Shown here piece after piece: positions 39,801 to 49,600 of a DNA stretch of 64,000 nucleotides. This DNA is from a virus (Duplodnaviria; Caudoviricetes). The translations under genes were made by a program, and so were the position numbers. Under the pieces are notes generated by a model. That model saw only the letters and a program-made list of their open reading frames with translations, was not told where the DNA came from and did no database searches. The DNA lies in IMG/VR virus record IMGVR_UViG_3300036942_000148, positions 1 through 64,000 of that record. One strand, written 5' to 3'. Positions within the stretch are counted from its first letter, which is position 1, and each line of letters opens with the position of its first letter.

Positions 39801-39856
39801 TTAATGATTATACTACGTCTGATGCAGAGAAGAATATAACTATCTCCTATATTTAA
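36812..39856 (+). CDS. baseplate wedge subunit (T4 gp6-like)
   Basis: 1014 aa; GLFGYF..EYFLNTAQKPESIYNYAK..PA; IETYTTLGEEGNF; SSNGQD..LK. Confidence 0.7.
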   Translation: MTDPINVSSDIYEIEEEMVELAGKYFNMDPDDPESLNTLKSGLFGYFTEAISNYTALSAYHKDALYEEYFLNTAQKPESIYNYAKRQDVTINLSQPAQMRLSLAIKRSDIIEYSISYDEFFNSSNNIKDIYKDRYNITRDYLTEDFNYFIISNNNNWNIGDYNFMLDRDIILTINNENNTINVQYIINDNKEHIESIETPYIDSIIDSINGEEFLIFYPTVYQMEKNTLTYNVFSQDQINNIFYDIDYDDQLAIFNVIYNLGDTSTVLPKYFNEQTSPDEDQYCYYTFLDDDTYQIYFSALPREFKPAFNSEIAIETYTTLGEEGNFTFDTDQVIDFRFISSDKQDVNVICMAMTDSSNGQDQLDLVALKEMLMRDFVTRENLITNIDLNNFFNDLINQISVNDSTLEFIKKRDDILRRIFSSFILLKDKDLEVIPSNTLNIKTNKEILEENNNLLNTGFNVLFERDPEEDYGFFLRNSDDIANYSDKDYFKYSLPYTTKSEVINGSPFINYYRDYVNEEYFLGYDFVSTTFNYEFIINTLFLNRNSIQSPILTNDSPNVYELAIEIQSTNIPSEYIGDPNRLRTIAILKDEKETPVGYCNLNYIPDDSRGEMIYGTNLETNNNFDGNNDLPIINGFRDLNGNLMNEVYINSDMNIDIVVLLNEGTNTTKNSIYLQQMDDAKADSFTDFDSNNYGEIIRLNSRELVTFFKSLDSIISSDIYYDEKQYEFIIDDTSVIDVNDDLTFNISDDVDTENVVVSLTSGMTINDALNLINDTINDNSNIVTSSIDLDNNKVMLSSNYLVDITVIKGSTLTSLTFTNNRLNNITINSMPMIGYSYLDQESKYDSLYNLLSTFEFILEDNLNSLQNNTDLDMKFYNTFGMSQYYEIEEGGQRFNSDVNMSVSLNIKLNQTIDEKEIIDFIATFMENTNNSDSRVISISNLITELENNFDEIDYIEFNTLNEHNTQKIIYTYEESQSIQGASHQQLINFVPEYININDYTTSDAEKNITISYI

Positions 39857-39881
39857 AAATCAGAAAGGGTGAAAGATAATA

Positions 39882-40835
39882 ATGTTCAACTTTAATTTTA
39901 ACGATATAAAATTAAGTGAAACTGAAACTGGAAAGAAAATGCATAGTGTTTCTCATAATATTATGCTTTCTAGAGATAAGATGATAAAAGAAGAGAAAGA
40001 AAAGATTAGAAAAAGAGAAGAAGAATTAAAAGAGGCTAATGAAGAAGGTTATAAAAAAATAGTCAGTAAGAAGAAACTAGATCAAAAGAAAGAATTAGCT
40101 GAAAGAATGGAAAACTTGAATTCTTATACCAAAATATTATTGACTGAAGGATTAACTAATATTATTTTTGAATCTATTCATTTAGATAGAAAATTTAAAG
40201 TTAATAATGAAAAAGGGATTAAAAATTCTGTTCGTTTCTTAATTGAAAAAATGGTAGATGAAGGATTAATTAATAAAGAAAACTTAGAGAAAACTAATGC
40301 TATGAGTAGTTTATATAACGAAGCATGTAAGTACGCTGAAGAAGCATTAGATGAAGATATTGAACTTGTTCTTTCTAAGTTTAACGAAGATGAAGAAGTA
40401 ACAGAAGTTTCAGGTGACGTTTCTGAATTTGTTAAAGATAAAGTAGTAGACGTTATCAATAAAGAAAAACAAATTGCTGAACAAAATAAAGAAGACGAAG
40501 AAGAAATTGACGAAAAAACTGAAGGTGAAGAATCGGAAGGAAACGATAGTGAAGATAGTGAAGAAAATGAAACTGTAAAAGAATCATTTATTTCGGCTGG
40601 CTATCACAAAGTAGAATCTGACAAACCTACATTATTCAGATCAATTGCTATTAATGCAGGAAGAGAACCTGTTTCAGAGGGTGTCGATCAAAACTTGGAG
40701 ATTAGTAATACTATTTCTGAAAGTATCATTCAATATACTATCTTAGAAACTCTTCACACTACTAAATTGCTAGAGTTTTCTGCTAGAGATGCTCAAGAAT
40801 TATCATTTAAATATTATTTCAATCCTAAAGAATAA
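39882..40835 (+). CDS. putative virion protein
   Basis: 317 aa, coiled N-terminus, acidic linker, xxE-type sites. Confidence 0.55.
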   Translation: MFNFNFNDIKLSETETGKKMHSVSHNIMLSRDKMIKEEKEKIRKREEELKEANEEGYKKIVSKKKLDQKKELAERMENLNSYTKILLTEGLTNIIFESIHLDRKFKVNNEKGIKNSVRFLIEKMVDEGLINKENLEKTNAMSSLYNEACKYAEEALDEDIELVLSKFNEDEEVTEVSGDVSEFVKDKVVDVINKEKQIAEQNKEDEEEIDEKTEGEESEGNDSEDSEENETVKESFISAGYHKVESDKPTLFRSIAINAGREPVSEGVDQNLEISNTISESIIQYTILETLHTTKLLEFSARDAQELSFKYYFNPKE

Positions 40836-40846
40836 TTTATAATAAA

Positions 40847-40882
40847 AATAAGGATAAACCATTAAATTGGTTTATCCTTATT
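40847..40882. terminator. bidirectional terminator
   Basis: AATAAGGATAAACCA/TGGTTTATCCTTATT. Confidence 0.8.
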
Positions 40883-40887
40883 ATAAT

Positions 40888-41154
40888 TTATCTAAAAAGT
40901 TCAATAACAAATCCTTTTTCTTTATATAGTATATTATAATTAATATTATTTATTAATTCATCTAACTTTTCTTCTAACTCTTTGTTACTATAAATTAAAT
41001 TACCTTTTACATATACTTTACCTTTTTTATTTCCATTTTCTCCATAAACCTCTAGATCGTCATTTTCTAATTCGATACTAAAGAAAGATGTCAATTTTCT
41101 AACGTGAATAGTTATCTGAGACCTTAGACTGCTGTATTCTTCATCAATAAACAT
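40888..41154 (-). CDS. hypothetical protein
   Basis: 88-aa ORF in operon. Confidence 0.7.
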   Translation of the reverse strand: MFIDEEYSSLRSQITIHVRKLTSFFSIELENDDLEVYGENGNKKGKVYVKGNLIYSNKELEEKLDELINNINYNILYKEKGFVIELFR

Positions 41155-41169
41155 ACTAACTATCCTTTC

Positions 41170-41640
41170 TTAAATGAAATACTCTAAATAGACCGAATGA
41201 GTCTTAACTTCAAATCTCATACTAAATATGGACGAGATGATAATCTTAGTGATATCCCTGAGAGTTCCGTCTTCTTGAAAGAGTTCGGGGTTATCCGTTA
41301 CGAATTCTTCGGGATAGTCTTCTTCAATGAAGTAATCAGAGAACTTGTCTATAATTTCATCATAAATAGTATTAGACATAAACTGAATCAATTTATCTTC
41401 TTTTCTAAAATCATCTTCATCAATATCCTTAACTGTAATCATAAATACAGGAGTATTAATATTAATAAATTTTTTAGCTCTTTTATTTTTAAATTTTATA
41501 TTATCTGAATTATCTATCAACTCTTTAATAGTATCGACTAAGTCTTCTTTAGAATAATATGATATCAAATGTTTCTTAACTTTATTTACATTTTCTATTA
41601 ATTCCATATCGCCTTCCGTGAATTCTACGTTTTCTGCCAA
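41170..41640 (-). CDS. hypothetical protein
   Basis: 156-aa ORF with GAGGAG RBS. Confidence 0.75.
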   Translation of the reverse strand: MAENVEFTEGDMELIENVNKVKKHLISYYSKEDLVDTIKELIDNSDNIKFKNKRAKKFININTPVFMITVKDIDEDDFRKEDKLIQFMSNTIYDEIIDKFSDYFIEEDYPEEFVTDNPELFQEDGTLRDITKIIISSIFSMRFEVKTHSVYLEYFI

Positions 41641-41646
41641 ATTAAA

Positions 41647-42210
41647 TCACTCCTCTAAATAGTATATATCTATTTCAATCCTGGGATTAATTGAATAATA
41701 TTTATTCGAATTAGCTTGTATGATACAACCATCATCTTCCCATAAAACATCATGACCAGAGTCAAAGAAGAATTTATCAAAGTTATCAATATCAGGTCTA
41801 GTAGTAGGTCTGATTATTTTTAATTCAGCCAGTGCGGCTTCTGTTTTGGTGAATGATTTTAAAGTTCTTTTATAAAAATCAATATTAACTATAGTTGCAG
41901 TTGTGATAAGTTCAAAATCTTCTCCAACTTTTTCTCTTATTTTTTGCTTTAACTTTTTCTTATCAGCTTCATCTGGATCGTACATTCTTACATAACCACC
42001 TCTACCAGTAGCTCTAGGTCTCTTTGCAGCTTGTGGATCTGTTTTAATAACCATTGATATTTTATGGACTTTTTTATTATTAATAGTTTCTACTTCATTG
42101 ATAACTTCTTCCATCTTTCTATCATTAAATCCAGTTTTAAAATCAAAACTATCTTGATTTTCACTAATTATTTCTGTTATTTCTTCTTCTGAATAATCTA
42201 TATCAAACAC
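41647..42210 (-). CDS. rusA: RusA-like Holliday junction resolvase
   Basis: PQAAKRPR; RPDIDNFDK..D..LWEDD..KY..PRIEI. Confidence 0.88.
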   Translation of the reverse strand: MFDIDYSEEEITEIISENQDSFDFKTGFNDRKMEEVINEVETINNKKVHKISMVIKTDPQAAKRPRATGRGGYVRMYDPDEADKKKLKQKIREKVGEDFELITTATIVNIDFYKRTLKSFTKTEAALAELKIIRPTTRPDIDNFDKFFFDSGHDVLWEDDGCIIQANSNKYYSINPRIEIDIYYLEE

Positions 42211-42279
42211 ATTATATTCCCCCTTAGAAATATTATCTTTATTTAATATATTAGTTAACAGAAATATTTATTGAAAAAA

Positions 42280-43605
42280 TTACTGTGGGAAATACTTTCT
42301 CATTTTTTGCATGTAATTTTCCATTTCACCTTTGATAGTTTGATTGATATGTCTAATATCATAAAAACCAGACTTAACTCTATGCTCGAATCTTTTGAAT
42401 AGTATTGGATCAGCTATTCCTAGTCCCGCCATATTATCCAAATAAGTAGTCATTCCTTTATTAACTGCTAAGAAAGCTGCAGTTTTATTCATTCTCATAG
42501 TACTATATAAATCTTCTATATTAACGGTAACATCTATTTGTAAGGGAAGACCACTGGTTGTCCATAAGTCGTCTGAGCCACCCTTTTTAATTGTCATAGA
42601 TGAAATAGCACCGATATCAATGCTAAAATGCCCAGGACATTCTGCTTTAATAATAAATGGACTTTTATATCCCATTAAACTATTCTGTCTAGGCAACGCA
42701 AATGCAAGTAACATAATAGTTGGTGCAAATACGTATTTATATATAGCTTTAGGAGTGCCATAAGGAGACCTGAATTTGAACTGTAAACTATAGCTTTTTC
42801 TAAAATTAGAGTCTTTCCATATTTTAGGGAATAACATATTAGAACCTTTAACAAACGAAGACGTACTTTCTGTTAATAAAGTTCCTAATTTATCAGAAAG
42901 TTTAGTTCCATCTGGATTTTCCATATTACTAACGTCTTCATTGATATTTTCTCCAGTTCTATTCATTAATGCAGCCAAGTCTTTTGCAACTCCACTAAAT
43001 TGTTCTGTCATTTGAGCAAAAGCTGGTTTATCATAGGTATTATCAATGCTTTCTGTAATGGTACTCGCTTTATCGAAATAGAAGGTTGGTCCAGCTAAAT
43101 TATACATTTCATACATATCTACTGGACTGTCTGTATCTTCAACTCCAAGCATTGACATTACATGTACAAGCATTTCTCCTACATATCTAATATAATCATG
43201 TCTCTTCTCATCAAAAGTATAGAATCTTAAATCATCTTCCTCTGCTGCATCTATTTTCTGATTGTCAAATATATCAAAAATAGATTCTGGACTTTCTATT
43301 AGTTCTTTAACAGAAAAGTCATCTTCATTTACTTTTCCACCAAAGATATTAGGTAAACCAGGTAAGAGAGAAACTAAGGGAGCGTCTGCTCCCAAAGTCT
43401 CTGAATATACTCTATTTCCAATATCGGAACGACCATACTTAAATGGTGCTCCTGCTACTTTATCTATATATTTCTCATCTGTTCTATATTTCCCACTATT
43501 TATACCTTTAAGGTTACTATAGTTCTCCCAGCTACTTTCATAATCTATTTCTTCCTCATCTGAGTTAGTTGCTTCTTCTGTCGCTTTTCCTTCATCATCT
43601 GCCAT
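42280..43605 (-). CDS. baseplate tail-tube cap protein (T4 gp48-like)
   Basis: FPKIWKDSNFRKSYSLQFKFRSP; PFIIK..GAISSMTI..GLPLQIDVTVNIEDL. Confidence 0.65.
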   Translation of the reverse strand: MADDEGKATEEATNSDEEEIDYESSWENYSNLKGINSGKYRTDEKYIDKVAGAPFKYGRSDIGNRVYSETLGADAPLVSLLPGLPNIFGGKVNEDDFSVKELIESPESIFDIFDNQKIDAAEEDDLRFYTFDEKRHDYIRYVGEMLVHVMSMLGVEDTDSPVDMYEMYNLAGPTFYFDKASTITESIDNTYDKPAFAQMTEQFSGVAKDLAALMNRTGENINEDVSNMENPDGTKLSDKLGTLLTESTSSFVKGSNMLFPKIWKDSNFRKSYSLQFKFRSPYGTPKAIYKYVFAPTIMLLAFALPRQNSLMGYKSPFIIKAECPGHFSIDIGAISSMTIKKGGSDDLWTTSGLPLQIDVTVNIEDLYSTMRMNKTAAFLAVNKGMTTYLDNMAGLGIADPILFKRFEHRVKSGFYDIRHINQTIKGEMENYMQKMRKYFPQ

Positions 43606-43621
43606 TATTTATCACCCACCT

Positions 43622-46600
43622 TTAACCTGTTGCTATTTTATCTTCATACTTTGTATTCTTACTTCCAGAAACGTTACCGTCATTCATATTTCCAAATAGC
43701 ATACTGATAGCGCTCTGAAGTGAATTCTGTTCCTGTTCTGTTTCTGATTTATTTATCATTTGAACTAATTGAGTTAGAATATCGACTTGTTGTGAACTTA
43801 AGTCTTTAATATCTTGTTCTTCACCAAGTCTATTTTGAAGGTCTTCTCTTAAATTATCATTTATTTCTTTATTAAAATTCAAGAGTTCCTTAGTAACCTC
43901 AATCAATTCTTTCTTAAGCTGTCTATCTTCTTCGTTCATCTCGTTGCTAGCTTTGATAGTTTCATTGACAGCTGCAAGTACTTCACCATCTTTAGTATAT
44001 TTATCTACATAGTCACTAGTAGAAGTAGACCTAGCGGTTGTTTGTTCTTGATCATAAAGAGCTAATACATTTTCAAGCTCATTACCTTCAGATCTTTTTC
44101 CTAGAAGTCTATTATAAACTCCTTTTTGAACCGCAGAACTACTACTACTGAAGTAAGCTAACTCGCCATCTTTATTTCTTTTACCTCTTTCATTATAGAT
44201 AGCTTTTATAATATCTTTATCTGACATATCACTAGTTATTCCAGCATTATTAATTAGACTAGTTCCAGCACCATGCTGAACAGCTGTGGAGAATACTGCT
44301 TCTCTTAAAGCTTTACTTTTATTATCTAAATCAATACCCAATTCACTTTTAAATCTTCTTTTCATAGGATCGTAATGGGATTCTTTTATAAATTGACTTT
44401 GCAAGGCTCTGAATCTTTCAGGGTACTTTTTAGCAACTTTTCTCCAATTCTTATCAAAATCATCACTAGTAATGGCAACTTTCCTATTCCTCTTATTCCT
44501 AGTAGTGCTTGGATCTGTATTTAACATCAATTCATTATAAATAGCTTTATCTTTATTGGGAAGAAAATTATTTACAAATGAGTGTAATGTCTTTTGCTTT
44601 GAGGACAGCTGATAGGGACCATAAGACTTTCCACCATGATCTCCTCTACCAGAACTAATAATTCCTGCTCCCGCTCCACCTGATTCATAATGCGAAGCTA
44701 TATCACCCATATTGTAAGATTTACCTGTAACTGTTTCGAGATTAGAATTTTCTGTATTTATAGAATGGTTATTTTTTGGTTCATCTTTACTAAATGGGTT
44801 TATTTTATTAATCCAACTTCCAGCACCATCTTTAACCTCTTGGAGTTTGTTAGTGAAGAAGTTAGATATACCAGTACTGAAAGAACTGAATGACTCAATG
44901 ATACTAGTTTTATCTTTCTGAGCTTTAGCTATTTCAGAGTCTTCTTCATCTCCACCAATATTAATGAATGGAAGTTTATTTAATCCATCAATCATTCCAT
45001 CTTTAATTTCTCCCATTCTATTCTTGATATCATTCCATTTATCCTTAATTCCACCAAAAACAGATGAGATACTTCCAGTAATAGTAGATATTACGGAGAA
45101 TATAGAACTAGGCATGAATCCAAGTAAACCACTCCATAAAGCACCAGTAACTCCACTAAAGTACCAACCAGCAGACATTCCATTGATTAAACCAGAAATT
45201 CCAGACTGGTCTTTCAATTCATCATTTACATCACTTTCTTTTCTATCTTGTAGGTCATCTCTCTCAGTAAATGATTTCTTAAGTGAAGAAAACTTATCTG
45301 TTATAGAGTCGTACATATCTTTCATCTTATTACCAACAACAACTCCAAGATCTACTAGCTTAGTAGCACCGAATCCACCGAGTGCCGCACCTAGTATGGT
45401 TCCTATACCTGGCATTAGCATTGTTCCTAATGCTCCACCGACTAATGCACCAGAGATGCCTGTTGCACCTTTCATAACCATTATTCCCTTTTCTTCATCC
45501 GAACTTTCTTTAAAGTTTTCCTTAATACTTTCAACTTTATCAGAAACAGTATCTTTCAACCATTCTACGCCTGATTTTAACTTCTTACCTAACTTTTCTG
45601 TGATATCTATTATACCTACTGTTCCTATAGCTCCAATTCCTGCACCTAAAACTGTTCCTATACCTGGCATTAACCCCGTTCCTATGGCTCCACCAGTAAG
45701 TGCTCCTGCTAATACAGTAGATATTTCTCCAAAAGATTTCATTCTTTCATCTTTATCTTCTGATTCTAGCCCATTAAACATATCAGTTACTGTGTCTTTT
45801 AACCATATAGTTCCACTAAGAATTCCGGTTCCTAATGTAGAAACATTATCTACTATACCCTTTGGACCCATATAACCAAGTATTCCACCAATAGCAGATC
45901 CTACTGGACCACCAAAAGGAAATCCTGCAGTGGCACCTAGTATTAATCCTCTAAGTCCATCAGTTTCATACATTCTTTCCATTATAGTAGATTCATCATC
46001 TTTTTCACTGCCACCTAATAATCCATTAGCCATGAAATTAGTAAAGTCTACAAACTTATCTCCAACTGCTTTAAATGCATGTGATGTTTTTTCACCACCA
46101 ATATATCCTAATCCAGCGCCTAATGCTGCACCAAGGCCAAAACCTACAGGAGTTGCAACACCGAATGATCCAATACCAGCGATTGCTCCACCTGCCATTC
46201 CCCATTTTATAGCGTTTTTAACAATATTTGAAGTATCATCTTCTGAACCACTGAAAAATGCTCCTATTCCAGAGAATACTTTATTACTTCCTGTATTTTC
46301 TTCAAACCAATCATCTGCTTTTCCAAGACCTTTAAAGAAATCAAGTACTCCCATTATTCCAGCACCAATACCAGATGCATTTAATAATAATGATCCAGCT
46401 CCTTGTAAAGCTGAGTTAGCTATGATTCCACCTAAAATACCGCCGCCAGCTTCTCCCGCTGTATCACCCATTAGTGTTCCTATAAATTCTCCACTAGTAT
46501 CACCAATAAGAGTTGCACCTAATTCAGCACCAATATCAGAGAATAAACCATCTCCTTCTCCGTCACCTGTGATCTTACCAATTCCTTTATTTATACTACC

Positions 46601-49600
46601 TAATAATTTATTTTCAGTTTTTTCTATTTCTAATTCTTCATTAGCTCTAGCTTGTCTTCTTTTATCTGCCCAGCTATCTTTATTAATTCCAGAAGAGTTA
46701 CTAGATTTAGATGTATCTATTCTAACTACTTCTTTTACTTTATCTAATACTCCACCTTCAACATATACACTTCCTAGACTTTTTCTTTTATCTCTTCCGA
46801 TTACTTTAGATACTCCACTAGAAAGCATGCCTAATCCATCACGTACTAGGCTTCCAGTAGCTTTTGCAAACGACATCACTGTCTTTCCAGCTTCAAAGAA
46901 AGCATCCTTAAGGATATCTAATCCATTGAATAGTCCGTCAACAACAGTATCTACAGCTCTTCCAAAATACTCCACAGTTTTAACAGCGCCCTTGATAGCT
47001 CCTTTAAATGTTTCTCCAATAAGAGTTCCAAGGGGTTTAATTACAGAGTCTTTCAAGAAAGAACCTGCTGTTGTAATGACTGATTTTCCAACATTGTAGA
47101 CTTCAACAATGACTGCTTTAGAAACGTTATATATCTCTTTTATTCCTTTTTCTAATCCTTTAACAAGACTAGTTACACCCTTAAGAGTTTTAACTATAGG
47201 ATCTATGAATATTCTCTTTAAATTATTCTTTATCCCTTTAAAAACTCCACCGATGGCATTTTTAACCCATTTAACTGGATGTGTAACTACGCCTTTAACG
47301 AAGTCTTTAGCTTTACCAATCCAACTACTTCCAGCTTTACCCTCTTGAGCAGGATCAGCACTAGGGTCTCCTAAACCTCTAGTATTGAGTTCAATTTGTT
47401 TTAATAATTCTTCATTTTTATTAGTATTTTTATCAATATTAGCTAATCTATTAGAAATAGTGCTTTCTGAATCGATTCCAATAGCTTCCTTGATGAAATC
47501 TGAATTATTAGATATTACATCTATTTTTTCATTATTATCTATATCTCTATCTTTTATAGTATCTATCACATCAGAAACCTTAGTTGTAATAGTTTCTTTA
47601 ACGTCTGATAATTTAGTAGTTGTCTTATCTTTAATATTAGCAGACATATCTTTGGCTGTTCCAGTCACTGCACTTGTCATGTCTTTCATACCATCAATAG
47701 CTTTTAAAGCAGAGTCTTTAGCACTATTAGTTAAATCTCCACCTATATCAATGCTAAACGGAGAAAAGTCAGAATCCTTAGCTGAAGAAAATACTTTACT
47801 TACTGTATCAGAGAAACTTTTCCTTAAATCATTATCAACTAACTTATCTCCAATAGCTTCTTTCAAAGCTCCACCCTTTTTAATTATAGATTCATTATCT
47901 TCATCACCGAAGATAGCAGTTGTAAGATCTTTTCCAAAGCCTTTTAGTTTATCCATAGCTTTAGTTAAGATTCCTTCATCACCAAATACTCCTTCTCTAA
48001 ATGCTTTAGTTTGAGTTACCAATCCAACTAAACCACCGATTAAAGGACCTCCTGGTAAGAAGAATGATGCTAATAAACCAGAGCTAACTCCAGTTATTCC
48101 TCTTTTCTTCAGATCATCTTTACTACTTCCTAATTTATCTATCAATCCTTCTTTATCTTTAGAACCGAATACTGCTTCTTTGAACACGTCAGTTTGTGTT
48201 GCTAATCCTAGCATTCCACCAAGAACAGGTCCACCTGGCATTCCCATCCAAGCTAATGCACCTACGCCAGCACCCATTCCTCTTTGTTTCATATCTTCTT
48301 TACTTAAACCAATGCTAGTAGCAATACCATCTTCACCAAACATGAAATCATCGAAGTATTCAGTTTGAGTAGCTATACCTAATAAACCACCAATCACTGG
48401 TCCACCTGGAAGTACTAGGCTTGCTAACGCACCTCCACCTGCACCTATTCCTAGTTGTTTTAATTTATCTCTAGAAATATTGATTGAAGTTAGAATTCCA
48501 TCATCACCAAACATGAAATCTTTGAACTGGTCAGTTTGAGTTGCTATACCTAATAAACCACCAATCACTGGTCCACCTGGCATACTTAAGCCTACTAAAG
48601 CACCTACTCCACCAGATATACCCATTTTCTTAGCTTGTTTCTCATCTATTCCACGTTTAGTGAGTTCTCCATCTTCACCGAATAGGTAATCTTTAACTAT
48701 TTCAGATTGACTAGCTACACCTAATAGGGATCCTAATAAAGGTCCACCAGGCATTATTAATCCAGTTAAAGCACCTACTCCAGCACCAATTTTAACTCCT
48801 TGAATACTATCTTCGTTGTAACCTATTTTATTCAAGAAACCTTCTTCATCTTCAGTTCCAAATAAAAATTCTTTAGCTTGATCTGTCTGAAGTGCGAAAC
48901 CAGTTAAGGCTCCTAATAGTGGTCCACCTGGTAGTATGAAACTAGATAAGACTCCTATACCAGACGATATTCCAGCTTTCTTAAGGTCTTCCTTATCACT
49001 CATTCCAATTTTATCTAAGATACCAGTATCTTCATCGCTTTCACCGAACAACCAGTTTTGAACTGATCTAGTATTGAAAGCTAAGCCACCTAATGCTCCT
49101 AATAGTGGTCCACCTGGCAATATAAAACTAGATAGAATACCAACCCCACTTGAAATACCAAGCTGTTTGAATTGATCTTTTTGATCATCACTAGCGAATT
49201 TGAACATCGATTTCTTAGGATTATCAGGATCTATTTCATCGCCTTTGTCCCCAAAGAGGAAATCTTTGGTACTAGAAATCATATCTTTCATTTCATCTGT
49301 CCTAGAGAATAGTCCTAATCCTGCTCCTATTAGTGGACCACCTGGCAGGAATAGTGACAATGCTCCACCTATCCCAGCTGCTTTGGCATATTCTCCGTTC
49401 AACCAACCAGTTTTATCATCATCATCTTCAGCATTCTTGTCACCGAACATGAATTTCTTGAGAGAAGTTTTTAATCCATCAAAACTATCAGCAAAATTTC
49501 CGAAGAGACCTTTAATTCCAAAAGGAGACCACCCGCCTAAATCAGGAGAATCGATGTCGAGTCCTTCAGGAGTGTCCATTCCAAATAATAAATTTTTAAA

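Noticed and set aside
42245-42260. Late promoter for rusA
   Set aside because: Reads AACT-N6-TT, not AACA-N6-TA; rusA is probably co-transcribed from upstream
47975-49385. Regularly spaced GGTCCACCTGG repeats resembling a CRISPR array
   Set aside because: Degenerate, in-frame protein repeats; intervening sequences are homologous and no cas genes are present
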